Positions 14,193 through 25,939 of a stretch of DNA of 64,000 nucleotides are shown here, in pieces (within the stretch, counting starts at the first letter, position 1; each line of letters begins with the position of its first letter). Both the position numbers and the translations under genes were made by a program. The notes under the pieces are model-generated. The model ran no database searches. It saw only the letters and a program-made list of their open reading frames with translations, and was not told where the DNA came from. The DNA comes from Sphagnum compactum (taxonomy: Eukaryota): contig OZ234493.1 of the NCBI GenBank assembly GCA_965153455.1, positions 21,318,213 to 21,382,212 on the forward strand. Direction: 5' to 3'.

Positions 14193-16045
14193 TTAGGTTT
14201 ACTTGTTGAATTTCACTTGTCTTGTGGTGTTTTTTTCCCTTTCTTCAATTTTTACAATACATACATTTGGTGACTTGTTTCCAAAGTTTTTGGGTTTTTT
14301 TTAGGTCATGGGTATGTAAAAAGTTCATTTTAAGTTGTATTAGCATAACAACATGAATATATTCCCATAGTTTTTCGTTTCAACTATTGTTTTTTATTCT
14401 AGCAATATGTGTTAGGAAGTGGATCATTTCATTCCTTGCTTAAATCACTTTTTGTTGAAGGAAATTTTTTTCTCATCAATCCTTTTTCCATGTGAACATT
14501 AACATATTTGTCTTCCAATAAATAATTGAAAGTTGTCTGTAACATTTGTCACCTCCAACAAATGCATATTCTGCTTCATAAGAAGTTAACTTGATTTTTA
14601 GAACATATTTTATAATGCTTCCACCATTACATCATGTTTATTTTTATTTAACGTTAATCCTTTCTTATTTGAGTCCGAATTTGGGCATGTGATTATTTAC
14701 ACAACTTGTTTTCCACATGTTGTGTTTGCCATCAACAATCTCCCCGCAACCTTTCAAATTAGCTTAAGGTTGTCCCATCCTTTAAAAGCATGCTTAATTT
14801 GTTGTGTTTTGAAACATTAAACAATTTGACCCTAAAACATTGATCAAATGGGTCCATCTTTTATGATGCAAAGTACATATTGAGACACATGAACATGCAC
14901 AATGATTTTGTGCACTCATTGTTCATCAAATTTCATGTGTTTCATGAATAAATGTGTACATGCATTTTCTTTAGTTGCAATCCAACCCTTTTGTCGGCAT
15001 TCTAACATGATTTCTTTCAAAAGATGAACACCTTAAATATCAATTCTTTCCTTTAATGATTAGTTTCTAAAGTTCCTTCCAAAAACAAGCCACTGACCTT
15101 AAGAAACCCAAGGTATGCAAGATTCCTTGCATTTCAAGGTTGATGAGTTTCTTCAGATAACCAATGTTAATGTGAAAAATTGCAATGATCCTTGATTTTA
15201 AGTCAAGGCTTAGTTGAAGGTTGGTGACCTCCTGAGTTATAAGCTCAACTCCAATCCTCAATTTTCACCTATCACATGATGGAGATAGTTGACATGTTTT
15301 AGCCTATCAAAAATTGAATGATGAAATCGGTTTTTTAGATATTGGCAAGCAAGCAAAGATTTTGCAACTTTACTTTTATCCATTTCTCCTACATCGTGTA
15401 TTGTCTTCTTGCAACAAAATTTGGCAAGATTACATCATAAAAATGCCCACATCACAACCCCAAGTCATCTCATAAGAAACACCACAATATAAGGTTAAGG
15501 ATCAAAGTGTGCACATCACAAAAGAAAGGCCTTACTTTGGAAGATCCAACAGGAAAAGACAGAAAAGTACTCTTATATCATGAGATAGAAAGGAGAGCAT
15601 CTTGATGTCCCCTACATAATAAGCCTAACATCTAGCACACTATGTTTCCTCTCCCCCCCCTTTCCAAGTTAAGTACCTAGGACCAGGTCAAGCCATAGGG
15701 TGAAATGCTGTTCACTCAGGTAGCAAGTAATGGGCCTACCTACCATGGCCTATTCAGAGTGTAAGGGGGGTGTTCTCCACAATGATTCACATAAATCCAG
15801 TGTTCCTCACATTAATTTGACATCACAAGTGGAACTGGAACAACCCAAAGTGGAACCAGATCTGCTCATGGATTCCCCTCTAGGTGGAAAACCTAAAAGT
15901 TTGTAGGGAATTAAGGACACGAAGGAGAAGAACTGGGCTGTTCTGGGAATTGGGTTGTTGTGCTTGGTGGGAGCCGAGAGCATCATAGGACCTGCATTTC
16001 CAGAACTGGCCCATTCAAGGCCTTTACATATAAAAGACCTTATAG

Positions 16046-16100
16046 AAGAATTGGATGTAGATTTGGTAGAATTGGATGTAGATCTGGTAGAATTGGATGT
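16046..16100. repeat. 21-bp minisatellite, about 2.6 copies
   Basis: AGAATTGGATGTAGATYTGGT repeated in tandem. Confidence 0.85.
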
Positions 16101-16265
16101 TTAAAATGGATGGTTGTGATTGAGTTTGGGTACCTCCTCTGTTGAGGTTAAAAAAAAACTTTACTCTGCTAAGGTGCCCTTCACAGACACTGAATGTTTT
16201 TGAACTGGTTCTTTATTCATAGGTTAAAAAAGCATGAGGTTGTGGGCTAAACCGAGTGTAAAGAC

Positions 16266-16455
16266 CATTGTTGGTCTGGTATATATAGGGTCAGAGACTG
16301 GTATCAATACTGGTATGAACACTGGTATCAAATACCAGACCAGTCTGGTACATATGACCTAAGTCTGGTACCAGCTTTAATACCCGTACAAGCTGGGTAG
16401 GGACTTGAGAGGTAATACCAGTCTCATACAGGGTCTATATACCTGCCAAATAGCA
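16266..16455. mobile_element. Short foldback/MITE-like element rich in CTGGTA/TACCAG
   Basis: Left end GGTATATATAGGGTCAGAGACTGGTAT is an imperfect inverted match to right end ATACCAGTCTCATACAGGGTCTATATACC. Multiple internal CTGGTA motifs. Confidence 0.55.
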
Positions 16456-17370
16456 GGCCAAAGGTCAGTGGGTGACATCCCCTCCAATTATTGTACAAAA
16501 ATTGGAGTAAGACTCGATGTACAGGGGAAGGGCAGGGCCAGAGGGCATTCATATGTTTAAAGGCATTCTACATGAAGATGGTAGCCCAAGTTAGTTCCCT
16601 GTGCCTGAAAACAATCAAATGGCCCTTGCCTGTGGCCTTTCCACTATGTAAAAAACTGACCTAATTTTAGGTGTGAATCATGGCCATAGTGAACCAGCAC
16701 CCCCCGGTGCACCATCCACTGGATGTCCATTATTACTCAGTTGTGGATGATCCTCAACTGAGTTAATAATATTGGTTTCATCTTGGTAACCAATTCTGTA
16801 GGAAATAGTAGGTCTCATATATAGGCAGAAAATAGGAAACTTCTAGGTAATTAGATAGTTTTGTACATAGCTAAGGGCTGTTTTTACTACCTACTACTAA
16901 CAACCTGCTTGGGGGGGTTGTTACTAGTAGGTAGGTAGAAAAGAAAGTAACTGAGCTAACCACCATGGTTAGCCAGGGAACTGGAACCCAACAGAAAAAA
17001 CTGTTCCCAGACCATGTACCATGAAGGATTTCTGAAACAAAAAGTAGGTTAGTTCTTATGTGGTAGGTAAAGCATGAGGTTGTTGGGTATACTTTGTGTA
17101 AAAGCCTGTAAGTGCATGGCGGTGTGGCAGCGACAAGATGGGAAGTGGGCTTTAAGCTTTTTATAAAGTCTGCATAGAGGGTAGGCATGATCGTAAAGTC
17201 CTTTGAGAAATGGACGAAAAATTTCATCCTATAATGTGACATCTCAATCCCATAGAGTTATTCCTAAAGTAACCTTGAGTTTGGTCAAATAGGAGGTGAG
17301 ATTAAAAAAAAAAAAACATGCATATGAGTGTACATTAGCATTCAACAAGGGGTGAACTCACAAAACCTTC

Positions 17371-17555
17371 AATTTTGGTGGTAAACTGAGTTTCCTCCCG
17401 TCTTTCCTTCTTCCCGAGCGCCTGCACTGCTGCTACATATATTTGCAACTGCTCCTCCCTGTGCACATACTTAATTACTCTCGAACCTTGTGCATTAAAT
17501 GCTCAGTTTCAGCATTTCATACCCAGATTTAATAAAATTTTCTTACTTTGCGGAC
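17371..17555. repeat. Dispersed ~200-bp repeat, copy 3 (least decayed)
   Basis: High similarity to 3600-3800. Confidence 0.85.
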
Positions 17556-18182
17556 ACCTGAAAGAGCGGTCTGCGGGTGAATGGAGGCCCAAAGGCAGGG
17601 TGACAAAAGCTAGGTCTTTACATTTAGGAGAAGCATCTAGGTATAGACTCTTCTGAATTTGAGGCTCCCATCACAAGGCCGATAGGGGGTGAGCAGAGGG
17701 ACCAAAAACATGGTAAGGTCTATACTTAGACCCTGCACATTTGTAAAGAAACACCCTGATTTTTTTTTCCCTGATTTTTATTGAAAAATTCTTGAAAAGA
17801 GACTTTCCAAATTCAGAAGGCCCATCTTCTAGCCCGACCAAGATCTTCCGGATTCAGAAGTTCCCCTTAAAAATCCAGCTGGGTGTTCTTTTATGGCTTC
17901 TCTATGGGGGAGAGGAAATAAATCTTAGGTAGTTACTTCAGTAACCAAAATACAAATGAGATGAAATTTTGGTATCTTAACTACATATATATTTATTATT
18001 AGCAATTAGGGAGGCATAAATAGGCACATCCCCTTTGGTGCACGCCACCATCACCACCTCCAATACTGTAGGACAAAAAACCATTTTGCAATCCAGTAAA
18101 GGAAAAATAGGAGGACAAAAATTAATTCAATTAATAAGATCATATATCCTTGACTAGTTCTCGCTTCACATTTCTGTCCCCC

Positions 18183-18720
18183 CTAGGTACTAGGTGTAGG
18201 TACCTACAATAACGAGTTTATAATTTGGTACCTAGGTTGTACCTAGCTAGTTAGGTACTTACTTACTCAGAAAAATGTTTTGTCGTGCCCGGCGTTCCAT
18301 CACGAGTTCGATTCCTGGCGCTGACAACAACAGAGCCTTTGTTGTTTTTGTTGTTGTTTGTTCTACTGCAAAACCCCCTCCTGTCTCTCTCCGTATCCAT
18401 CTCTTACACTTCGCTGTGTCTTTGCCTTCACTTGTTTTCTCTTTAGCTTGTGGCGTTGTAGGGTTTCGGGGCGGAGGAGGAGGAGGAGGCGGAGATGAGA
18501 GCTCAAGCTTGGCGATCTGGACGTCTCTTTTTGCAGGTGTGAGTGTGTTCTTGTGCGTACTCTTCTTATCTGTAGACTTTTCGGGGATTCCATTTTTACT
18601 TTGTTTTGTTTGGTTGTTTGTTTGTTGCGTCTTTTTGTTATGGTTAGGTTCTGTTTGTTGGCGGCTGAAATCTTTCCTAGGTTGTGTGTGCGTGTGTGTG
18701 TTTTTTTTCCTGGTTAGTTG
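18183..18720 (+). promoter_or_regulatory. Probable promoter and non-coding first exon of the F-box gene
   Basis: Shift to CpG-containing, CT/GA-rich sequence typical of a plant 5' UTR. Telo-box TAGGGTTT at about 18459. GTAC cluster at 18187-18258. Followed by T-rich intron-like sequence. Exact TSS and donor not determinable. Confidence 0.5.
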
Positions 18721-19289
18721 AATTAGCCTGTAAAATGCATGATAGCTTTTCCTTCGGTCGGGTGATCGGATTTTTGTTCCTTCGAGGGGTGGAATGCTGA
18801 GTGGCTTCTCTCCCGAGAGTTGCTGTCGAACGGGGCTCGTGTTTTGAAACAAGAAGCATTTCTTTTTCTTTTCTGTCGATGCCTCTTGCAATTGGGACCA
18901 GTGTGTCGTGAAAGTAGGTCTGCTAGGTGTCGCATGTTCTACATTTGACCGATTTGGAGCAAATTGCTATGTGTATTTGAATCTCTTGACCTGTTCAATT
19001 TGCTTGAGACTTGGTGTTTGACGATGATGTTTGATTTGCGGCAGAGGCTTGGGATGTCTTGCAGAAACTTGGCATAAACGTTGCTACTCTATTTCTATGT
19101 CTGTTGAATTGTGAGAGTCAGACCACATTATTCAGTATCTTTGACCTGTGGCTTCTTGACCCCTTTTCTTTCTTTTGCATTATTTTTGCTGATCATCTGG
19201 AGCTGTTTGTCGCTGTTTTCTTCAAATGCAAGAATCTGCTGTCAGCTAAGAGCCTTCCTTGCAATATTGATGCTTGAGCCCTAAGTCCT

Positions 19290-19780
19290 CTTCTTGATTG
19301 CTTCTACAAATTCTGGAATTATTTCATCAGCCTGCATGTGTTATGTGTTGGTTGTAGGCCTTTATTTGCCTCAGACTTAGATGCTTTCTTGTATAGCACC
19401 AAGCTATGATGAAAGCTTTCTTTCACAAGTTCCTTGCGGCTTGAATGAAGGTACTATTGACATTTTTGATTTGCTATGTCTCTTGCGAGTTTCCCCCACG
19501 CCATGATGGTGTCTTTGTGTTCTTTCTGAGAATGTTAGAGGAACTCAAAATGCAGATTTTTATACGTTTGTTTGTGAGCAGATTACTTATCTACACCCAC
19601 TGTTTGAGCCAATGAAGTCATTGTAGAGGTAATGGCAGCTAGTCATTGCCATTGGTAATGAAGATGATGTCCTGATACTTTATGAGCGACAAGGTTATGA
19701 TGCAGTTGTGCTTTGATGGAAACTCACATAACAGATACCTTTAAGACATTATTCTGGAGTTTACTCTGCTCTTTGTTATA
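19290..19780 (+). pseudogene. Decayed F-box/kelch relic A (N-terminal half)
   Basis: Colinear with relic D at about +3820 offset: AAATTCTGG 19308/23125, ACCCACT 19595/23417, AATGGCAGCTA..TGCCATT 19631/23449. Confidence 0.55.
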
Positions 19781-20029
19781 TGTATAAGTTCTTGGTCCAC
19801 TGTTGGTTAGATTTGGTCTGTTGGTCTCTCTAGTTTGGTTTGATTTTTCCTGGTCTCCTCAACCTGTCTTTGTTTCTTTTGTTGAATGGTAAAACTATCT
19901 CTTTGCTGTTGCTTCTCTCAGTGTCACACAAGCTCACTATGGAGGTTTTAATGTTGTTGTATGCTGAATTCTGATCAAACTGTTCAGAAAGTTTTCTTCC
20001 CCTCATGACCGAATATTGGTTTACACCCT

Positions 20030-20585
20030 ATGGAGCTAATGGGAGTCTGTTGGAGTCTATGACCTGTTAGTCATTGTGATTGAAACCCAGTGGCACAATG
20101 ACAAATAGAGCTAATCATTTTGCCCTGGTCTTTTTGTGTATGTGTTGTTATTTTTAATTTCTGTCTTCTCGGTCCTCTGTCTGTTATGTTCTTTATTTCA
20201 TGGTGTATGAAGACGCTTTGAACTGAGGGGGTCCTATGGCTACCCGCCTTATGTCCTGAAACACTTTTGGTAGGTCCTCACCCTAAGTGCATGAAGGTCT
20301 TGGTGGTCTTGTGCTTTAAGCTTCTCTGCTCAAGGCACCCTCTAACACAAGGTGTGATGGATTGTTGAAGTTGTGTATTTCTGAGCAGGTTCAATAATAA
20401 AACTACTGAAATATGGTCCTTCTACTGGCAGTGCATTAGTCTCTTATGGACACAATTACACATCGCACATGGACAGCTTTTGGTTTGAACAGATTGCTCT
20501 CTCATTGGTTGTAGTTGAGGTGTTGTGGTGTTTGAATTAAGAGTCATGATTTCTCCTTGTGATCCTAGTATTTCTTCAAGTGTGG
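20030..20585 (+). pseudogene. Decayed F-box/kelch relic B (kelch region to C-terminus)
   Basis: Colinear anchors to the intact CDS: ANGSLL 20035 vs ANGGLL 22261; NP 20084 vs 22318; GP 20230 vs 22522; TGCATGA 20288 vs 22582; AGCAGGTT 20384 vs 22674; FS-DPSI at about 20551 vs FSFQPDI. Confidence 0.7.
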
Positions 20586-20589
20586 CATC

Positions 20590-21575
20590 TCATATTGGTT
20601 ATACAAGGTTTTGTAGTATGTTGAACTCAGGAACTCTTAAGCTTGTTGCAGCTCGATCAAGGATGCTTTTGACTTGATCAGTTATATCTCTTGAGTGCTA
20701 GCCAACATCAGGACCGAGCCTTCCTGTTGCTTCCAGAAAGTCAGTAGAAACTCAGGGTACAGTTCTTTTTATATTGTTGGCCTCAAATTTATAGTTATCT
20801 GTCAGATTATATACTTATCTGCAACAACACTTTATAGAGTTTTGTAAGTGGGGAGCTTTTTGAAGCCCACTTGGTCCTCTGTTTTTCCCTGTTCTCTGTT
20901 ATTCTATATTTTTCCTTCTTCTTTTGTTTGTTTCTTTAGTTTCTTCCCCTCTTCATTTATCTATGTTTTCCCCCTTCTATGTTGTTATGTTGTTAGTTGC
21001 TAGTCAGTATCGTGGCTGAGTCTTCCTGTTGCTTCCAGACTTGCAACAGAAACTTATTACACAGGTTAGTGGTTGCAGTGGCCTATACCCACTGTAGGGA
21101 GCTGATAACGTCAGTGGGGAACTTGTGATAGACAAGTTGCTATCATAAATGTTAGTGTGGATGGTCCCTGAACAAGTGAGAGACTGTCACTGTTGTTCAT
21201 ACGGCAAGTGTGTGTATGTATTGCTTTTTTGTTCTAGTTTTGTCCCTTCTTTTGTTTTTCCTTCTTCCCAGTTCTGTAATTCCTTACCTTGAAGAATTTC
21301 CTTGACTTCAAAGGCTTTTTTTAACCTTGTTCTGGCTTTCTTACTTGTGAGTACAGAGATTTCTTGATTCTCATGAGAGTTATAATCTGCAGTCACAATC
21401 TGGAGCTGGTGAAGTCAGTGGGTAGTTATGTCAGCTAGTTACTGTTGTTTTGTGACAAGCTGGAGGTGATGGCCTAACACATGTGACTGACACTCATAAG
21501 TTTATGACCACACTAATTAGCTTTGGTTTGCTAGAACTGACACAACCCTTTCCTTCAAAATATATTGTGGAGTTT
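20590..21575 (+). pseudogene. Decayed F-box/kelch relic C (internal duplication and T-rich interruptions)
   Basis: LPVAS codons (CTTCCTGTTGCTTC) at 20720 and 21022. NPL-like ACCCACT 21087. QW-EL at about 21112. LEL..QWV at about 21400. GGDG at 21462 matches GGDG at 22873. FSFQ-like end at about 21550. Confidence 0.6.
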
Positions 21576-21786
21576 TACTGCAATTTCATGGATATTAACT
21601 CAGCAACCACTGAGGGCGGAAATTTATAGGTTGCAAATTGTGAGGATGTTTTAGCCAGAGTGGTGAGAAGCAGCAGCAGAAGGCATTGTGGTTGTGTAAG
21701 TATTCATTTCAGCCTTTCCTGCAGAATGTAGACTGTGGAAAACTTAGGAGTGCCATGAGAGTAAGCAACAGGTCAGTTTTGCACTA

Positions 21787-23046
21787 ATGAATGTACGACT
21801 GTGGACTGTCTATCTCAGATATATGGAGAGCAAAAAAGAATCAGAGGAAGGTGATGGGAACATGGACTGCACTATGGTGGCAAATGAAGCAGCAGCAAAT
21901 GTTTTGGAGTGCAAGTTGGATGTCACTGTAGGATCATCTTCCAAGGATACACTGTGGGGCGCATTGCCTAATGACATTCTGGACCGTGCACTTTTATTTC
22001 TTCCATTCCCTGAACTCTTTCGGGTGCGCACTGTGTGCAAGAGGTGGGACTCATTAGTCTTATGCAACAATTTCCAGCACCTGTTTTTGGACTGCCCAGT
22101 AACTTGGGGCCAGTTCTACACACAACGATTTGGCCGGAAAAGTGGTGCCCCAACCTCTGTTTTATGGGCTACCTACGACCTTTCACTGCGCAAGTGGGTT
22201 TGTATGCCTGAAATTATCTTCCCAGCTGCAGTGAAGGCCCTTTCATGGAATCTGGTGGCTGCAAATGGGGGTCTTTTGTGTTTTGCAGCTTTGGAAGCTT
22301 GCAGGATGTTAGTCTGCAACCCCATGACCAAAGCTTGGAAGGAACTCCCTCAAATGAAGAGAATGAACTCCATTGCACCTGCTTTAACCCACATGGTTGT
22401 GAACAATGTGACAAATTCATACACAATCCTGTTTGCGGGGAATAAGAACCACAAGGAATCTGAGGATGGTTATCGAAGCACTGAGGTGTACAATTCCATT
22501 TCAAGCTCTTGGGAACCTGCTGGGCCAGTACCTGCAGATTTGGCTCTCAAGAGTGGAGCATTTTGCAATGGTCTGTTCTACTGCATGACACGGAACTTGA
22601 CAACAGGCTTATACAAAGTGATAATTTTGAATCTGCAGCGGCGGGTCTGGATTGACAAAAATGTTCTACTTCCAGCAGGTTTTGAGAACTACCCGTATGT
22701 GGTAGCTTGTGGTGGTCACATTTATGCAGTGGCTGGGTCTTTGGAAGGTGGGCAATTGCCGATGACAAGCATTGGGATTTTTGAGCTAGAGCCAACTTCC
22801 CTTGAGTGGATGGAAATTGCCTATTACCAAAACAGAGACTTTCTGTGCTCCACTGGGGCAATATATGGATGTGGTGGTGATGGAACAAAGATCTTTGTGG
22901 TGACATATGCATATGACATGCTTGTGGCTGTCTATGATATTTCCCAAGGACATTGGGAGAATCCTATCAAAGGGAGTTTCTATGATTTGAAGGACATCTA
23001 TGAGACAAGGTTTTCTTTCCAACCAGATATAGCCATGTCACCATGA
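21787..23046 (+). CDS. F-box/kelch-repeat-type protein (UFO/At5g15710-like family), intronless CDS; true start may be ATG 21823
   Basis: F-box LWGALPNDILDRALLFLPFPELFRVRTVCKRW, then family motifs LVAANGGLLCF, VCNPMTKAWKELP, TEVYNS..SSW, AFCNGLFYCM and C-terminal FSFQP. Candidate acceptors at 21724 and 21818, the latter with a CTAAT branch site at about 21784. Confidence 0.93.
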   Translation: MNVRLWTVYLRYMESKKESEEGDGNMDCTMVANEAAANVLECKLDVTVGSSSKDTLWGALPNDILDRALLFLPFPELFRVRTVCKRWDSLVLCNNFQHLFLDCPVTWGQFYTQRFGRKSGAPTSVLWATYDLSLRKWVCMPEIIFPAAVKALSWNLVAANGGLLCFAALEACRMLVCNPMTKAWKELPQMKRMNSIAPALTHMVVNNVTNSYTILFAGNKNHKESEDGYRSTEVYNSISSSWEPAGPVPADLALKSGAFCNGLFYCMTRNLTTGLYKVIILNLQRRVWIDKNVLLPAGFENYPYVVACGGHIYAVAGSLEGGQLPMTSIGIFELEPTSLEWMEIAYYQNRDFLCSTGAIYGCGGDGTKIFVVTYAYDMLVAVYDISQGHWENPIKGSFYDLKDIYETRFSFQPDIAMSP

Positions 23047-23119
23047 ACTTAGTGTTAGTAATGGGGCTTATACATGATGTGTTTCACAACTTCCAGACCA
23101 ACCAATCATCAATCTAGTG

Positions 23120-23935
23120 TAGATAAATTCTGGTTGGCCAGATGCAAAGTTGTTGGCATGTCACCATGAATGTAGTATCTGGCATTATACAGGCTCAGCA
23201 CAGCTAAGTTGGATACATTGGCTTCACAAAGGTTGTGATGAGATTTCGCAAAGTAATGCTGTTCATGACATCACATTTTGGATGTGCTTGGTTTTTAACT
23301 GCCAACATAGACTGGTAGGTCTTCCTGTTGCTTCTGCAAATGTGGCAGGGACTGATAACACCGGTATATTTGTATGATTGTCTGTCTGTAGTGTTGAGCA
23401 TATTATTATATACTTTACCCACTACCACCAGTTGGACCAGTGGGGAGAAATGGCAGCTAATTGCTGCCATTCTTGATGAGGGTGATGGTCTGATGCTTTG
23501 TTAGTGACTCAGAAAAGGTTTGTTATCAATTCTCATATCCACTTTGCCAAATAGCTTCCCGATATCCAGTACCTGCATTCTCTTGTAACAGCAACAATAG
23601 TGATCTTCAAAGTGTTATTGTGAAGTTATCTCTGCATTCGTGGAAAGCTTTTTTACACGGTAAACTGGTGAAATTTTACCTCTGTGCAGCTCATGTTGGG
23701 AAACAGTACCAGTGGTGTGGCATGCATTCATTGTGGCAAATAATGGTGGTCAGTTACAGATCACAGCTCTGCCCACAAGTTGTATGCAAATAGATTACCA
23801 AGCAACGGCTCTGTTACAGTCAAGGTAGTAGATCCATTCATCGCGTGTATACATGCTGCATCAACTATCCTGGGTAGGTGTTAAGAAACAATAACTTCAT
23901 CACTTGAAATTTTCCAACTCTAATGTTAACCCTAG
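23120..23935 (+). pseudogene. Decayed F-box/kelch relic D immediately downstream of the intact gene
   Basis: HKGCDEISQSN resembles CKRWDSLVLCN. LPVASAN at 23321. ACCCACT..AGTTGG at 23417. CCAGTACCTGCA identical at 23566 and 22525. KV-IVKLSLHSW resembles KVIILNLQRRVW. ATTACCAA at 23794 vs 22823. TTCCAAC near the end. Confidence 0.72.
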
Positions 23936-25939
23936 ATTCTAGGGTGTGGATGTGGTGGGATCAGATCCCTCTGGAATCACTCATTTGAACACCATGGTAT
24001 CTATTGTAATGGCATTCATACCCCCACCCATGGTTACCGTCTCAAAGCAATGCAAGCATAAAAACCTTAAGCTCCCCTCCCACACATATATCATCTACAA
24101 ATGTCTTCCCAAATTTCCACATGCCTCCAATTCATCTTGCTGTAGATGACAGATCCCTTCATGAATTCCCATTTTACCAGACTCACCCACTCTGCACGCA
24201 CAATTCTCAGTTTACAGGCGACTTCTCATCACCCAATGATTCTCACATTCCCACAGACTCTAGCAATTTGATTGTTGAAACAGTCTTCTCTCTGACTGTG
24301 CTCACTTCACAAACAAAACAAACATGGGAGTATACTCCCACACTTACTGATCTTGACATCACTTTCTCATACCCTGATACATCCCTCTGCAACAGGATTC
24401 TAATAAAAATAAAATGACCTTTGTGTTTTGTCTTTGCCAGCATCACTTCTTTGGTGGAGTGGTTGAAGAAGGGAAAATGTTAAACACCTCATAATGAACA
24501 CTATCTAGCGCAAAATGTGGCTAATAGTGTTCAAAACATGATTTATGGTGTAGGGTTTGATTGTTTTGATCATGTAACTACATTAAAGAATTTCTCTTTT
24601 TTTAGTGCTTGATTTTATATTGTTAGTTGGTACTTTCTGTCTCATGATAGAAGTGTAATGGTCAAATTCAACCTAAGACAACAAAACATGTAAAATGTAC
24701 TAAATAATATTTTTAAAAACAAAACATGAAAAATTGTGCCACAAGAGTTCACAAAAAACCATGCAAAGCACAAAATGACTTACATGAAAGTGCATCAAAC
24801 AAAGCTCATCAGGATATTTAGCAATGAGCCTAAAGAAATGCAAAGGACCCAACATCTGTTGAATTTCAAACAGACCAAAGAAATGAAATGAGGATGTTCC
24901 TCTCGCACTTGGACTCTCCTTGGCACATTCATGCTCACATCTTTGACCATGCTCCTCACTAAACACCTAAACTACCTGGATAAGGCAAGCCACGCACTTC
25001 ATTAGCTCCAGCAATCAACTTCCTTTCGTAACCTTAGGGTAATTCTGACCTCTAAACGGATGGGACTAAACTCAATGTGGACTTCTCAATCGATTCAATG
25101 TTTTGTCATCTGGGATTATGATTTCCCATCTTTCAATCTAACCGTAGATTTGTGTTTGATTCAAAGACTTAGTGTGTTGAGGACATCTTTTTGACCCCTT
25201 TCTCAAACCCTCACTCATCGACACCTATGCAACTCATGAGTGTTGTCAAATCAAGAGTTGAACCCAACCCAACATTTAGACCCGGAACTCAATCTGCCAC
25301 GAAAACCGCTGTGCGATGGTTCTAACTTGGACCTTGACTAGATGAATCCTTTCACTTGAGGGTTCAACTAGAAGGGCATGTTAGCTCCTTTCTTAATTGA
25401 TAGACTTCATCCCAAGGAAAAATGAACATCCATTTCATAGAGACCCTTTTTCATGTAACTTGGTTTTTGGGGTCTTATTTTCTGTTCATTGAAAATGGGT
25501 GGTGGTGTGCAGGTTCCACTATCAATGAACACACTTCTTATTATTCATTGTGGGTGCCTGTTTGTTAGTTGTAATAATTAATTGTGTGCTTATGTCTAAA
25601 GTGTGTTTTTTTTAATTTTGGGGGTTGAGGCATTTTTAATTGGCATATCAGAAAAAAAAAACACTCACACTATGGATGCTCTCAAAATAAAAGAATTGGT
25701 CTGAAGAAAACCATGTATATATATATATATAAACAAGGATGGAAATCCATCCACAAAAAGGAATTAGTCTTGTCCTTTCGTCTAGTTATGTAGGTTACAA
25801 GGGTAGAAGTTTGGGCAATGGATATAAAATGAAATGTGGCACTATTGAGAACAGCTTATGGAACACATGGGAACTTGGGAAACATACTGGGAGCATTGCT
25901 GGGAACCATTGAGGAAAATGGTGATTGGCTTACCATCCC

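Noticed and set aside
18259-18935. Overlapping 210-aa (-) and 148-aa (+) ORFs
   Set aside because: They are translations of T/G-rich and GGA-repeat leader sequence with no domain features.
21755-21818. Upstream ATG 21755 joined in frame to the F-box CDS through a 21772-21818 intron
   Set aside because: The intron would be only 47 nt, too short for typical plant splicing, and there is no other support.
19560-23500. Cluster of H/ACA or C/D snoRNA-like hairpins (repeated CTTCCTGTTGCTTC stem, TGGCAG/CTGCCA vs TGATAG/CTATCA apparent covariation, ACA and TGATGA/CTGA motifs)
   Set aside because: Box motifs are not conserved between copies, pocket-to-ACA spacing is mostly wrong, and no convincing rRNA guide was found. 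The shared words map in order onto F-box/kelch codons (LPVAS, NPL, W-E), which explains them better. An Infernal/Rfam scan would close the question.
24100-25450. Possible LINE or other retroelement remnant
   Set aside because: Only vague resemblance. No diagnostic RT or endonuclease motif could be read.
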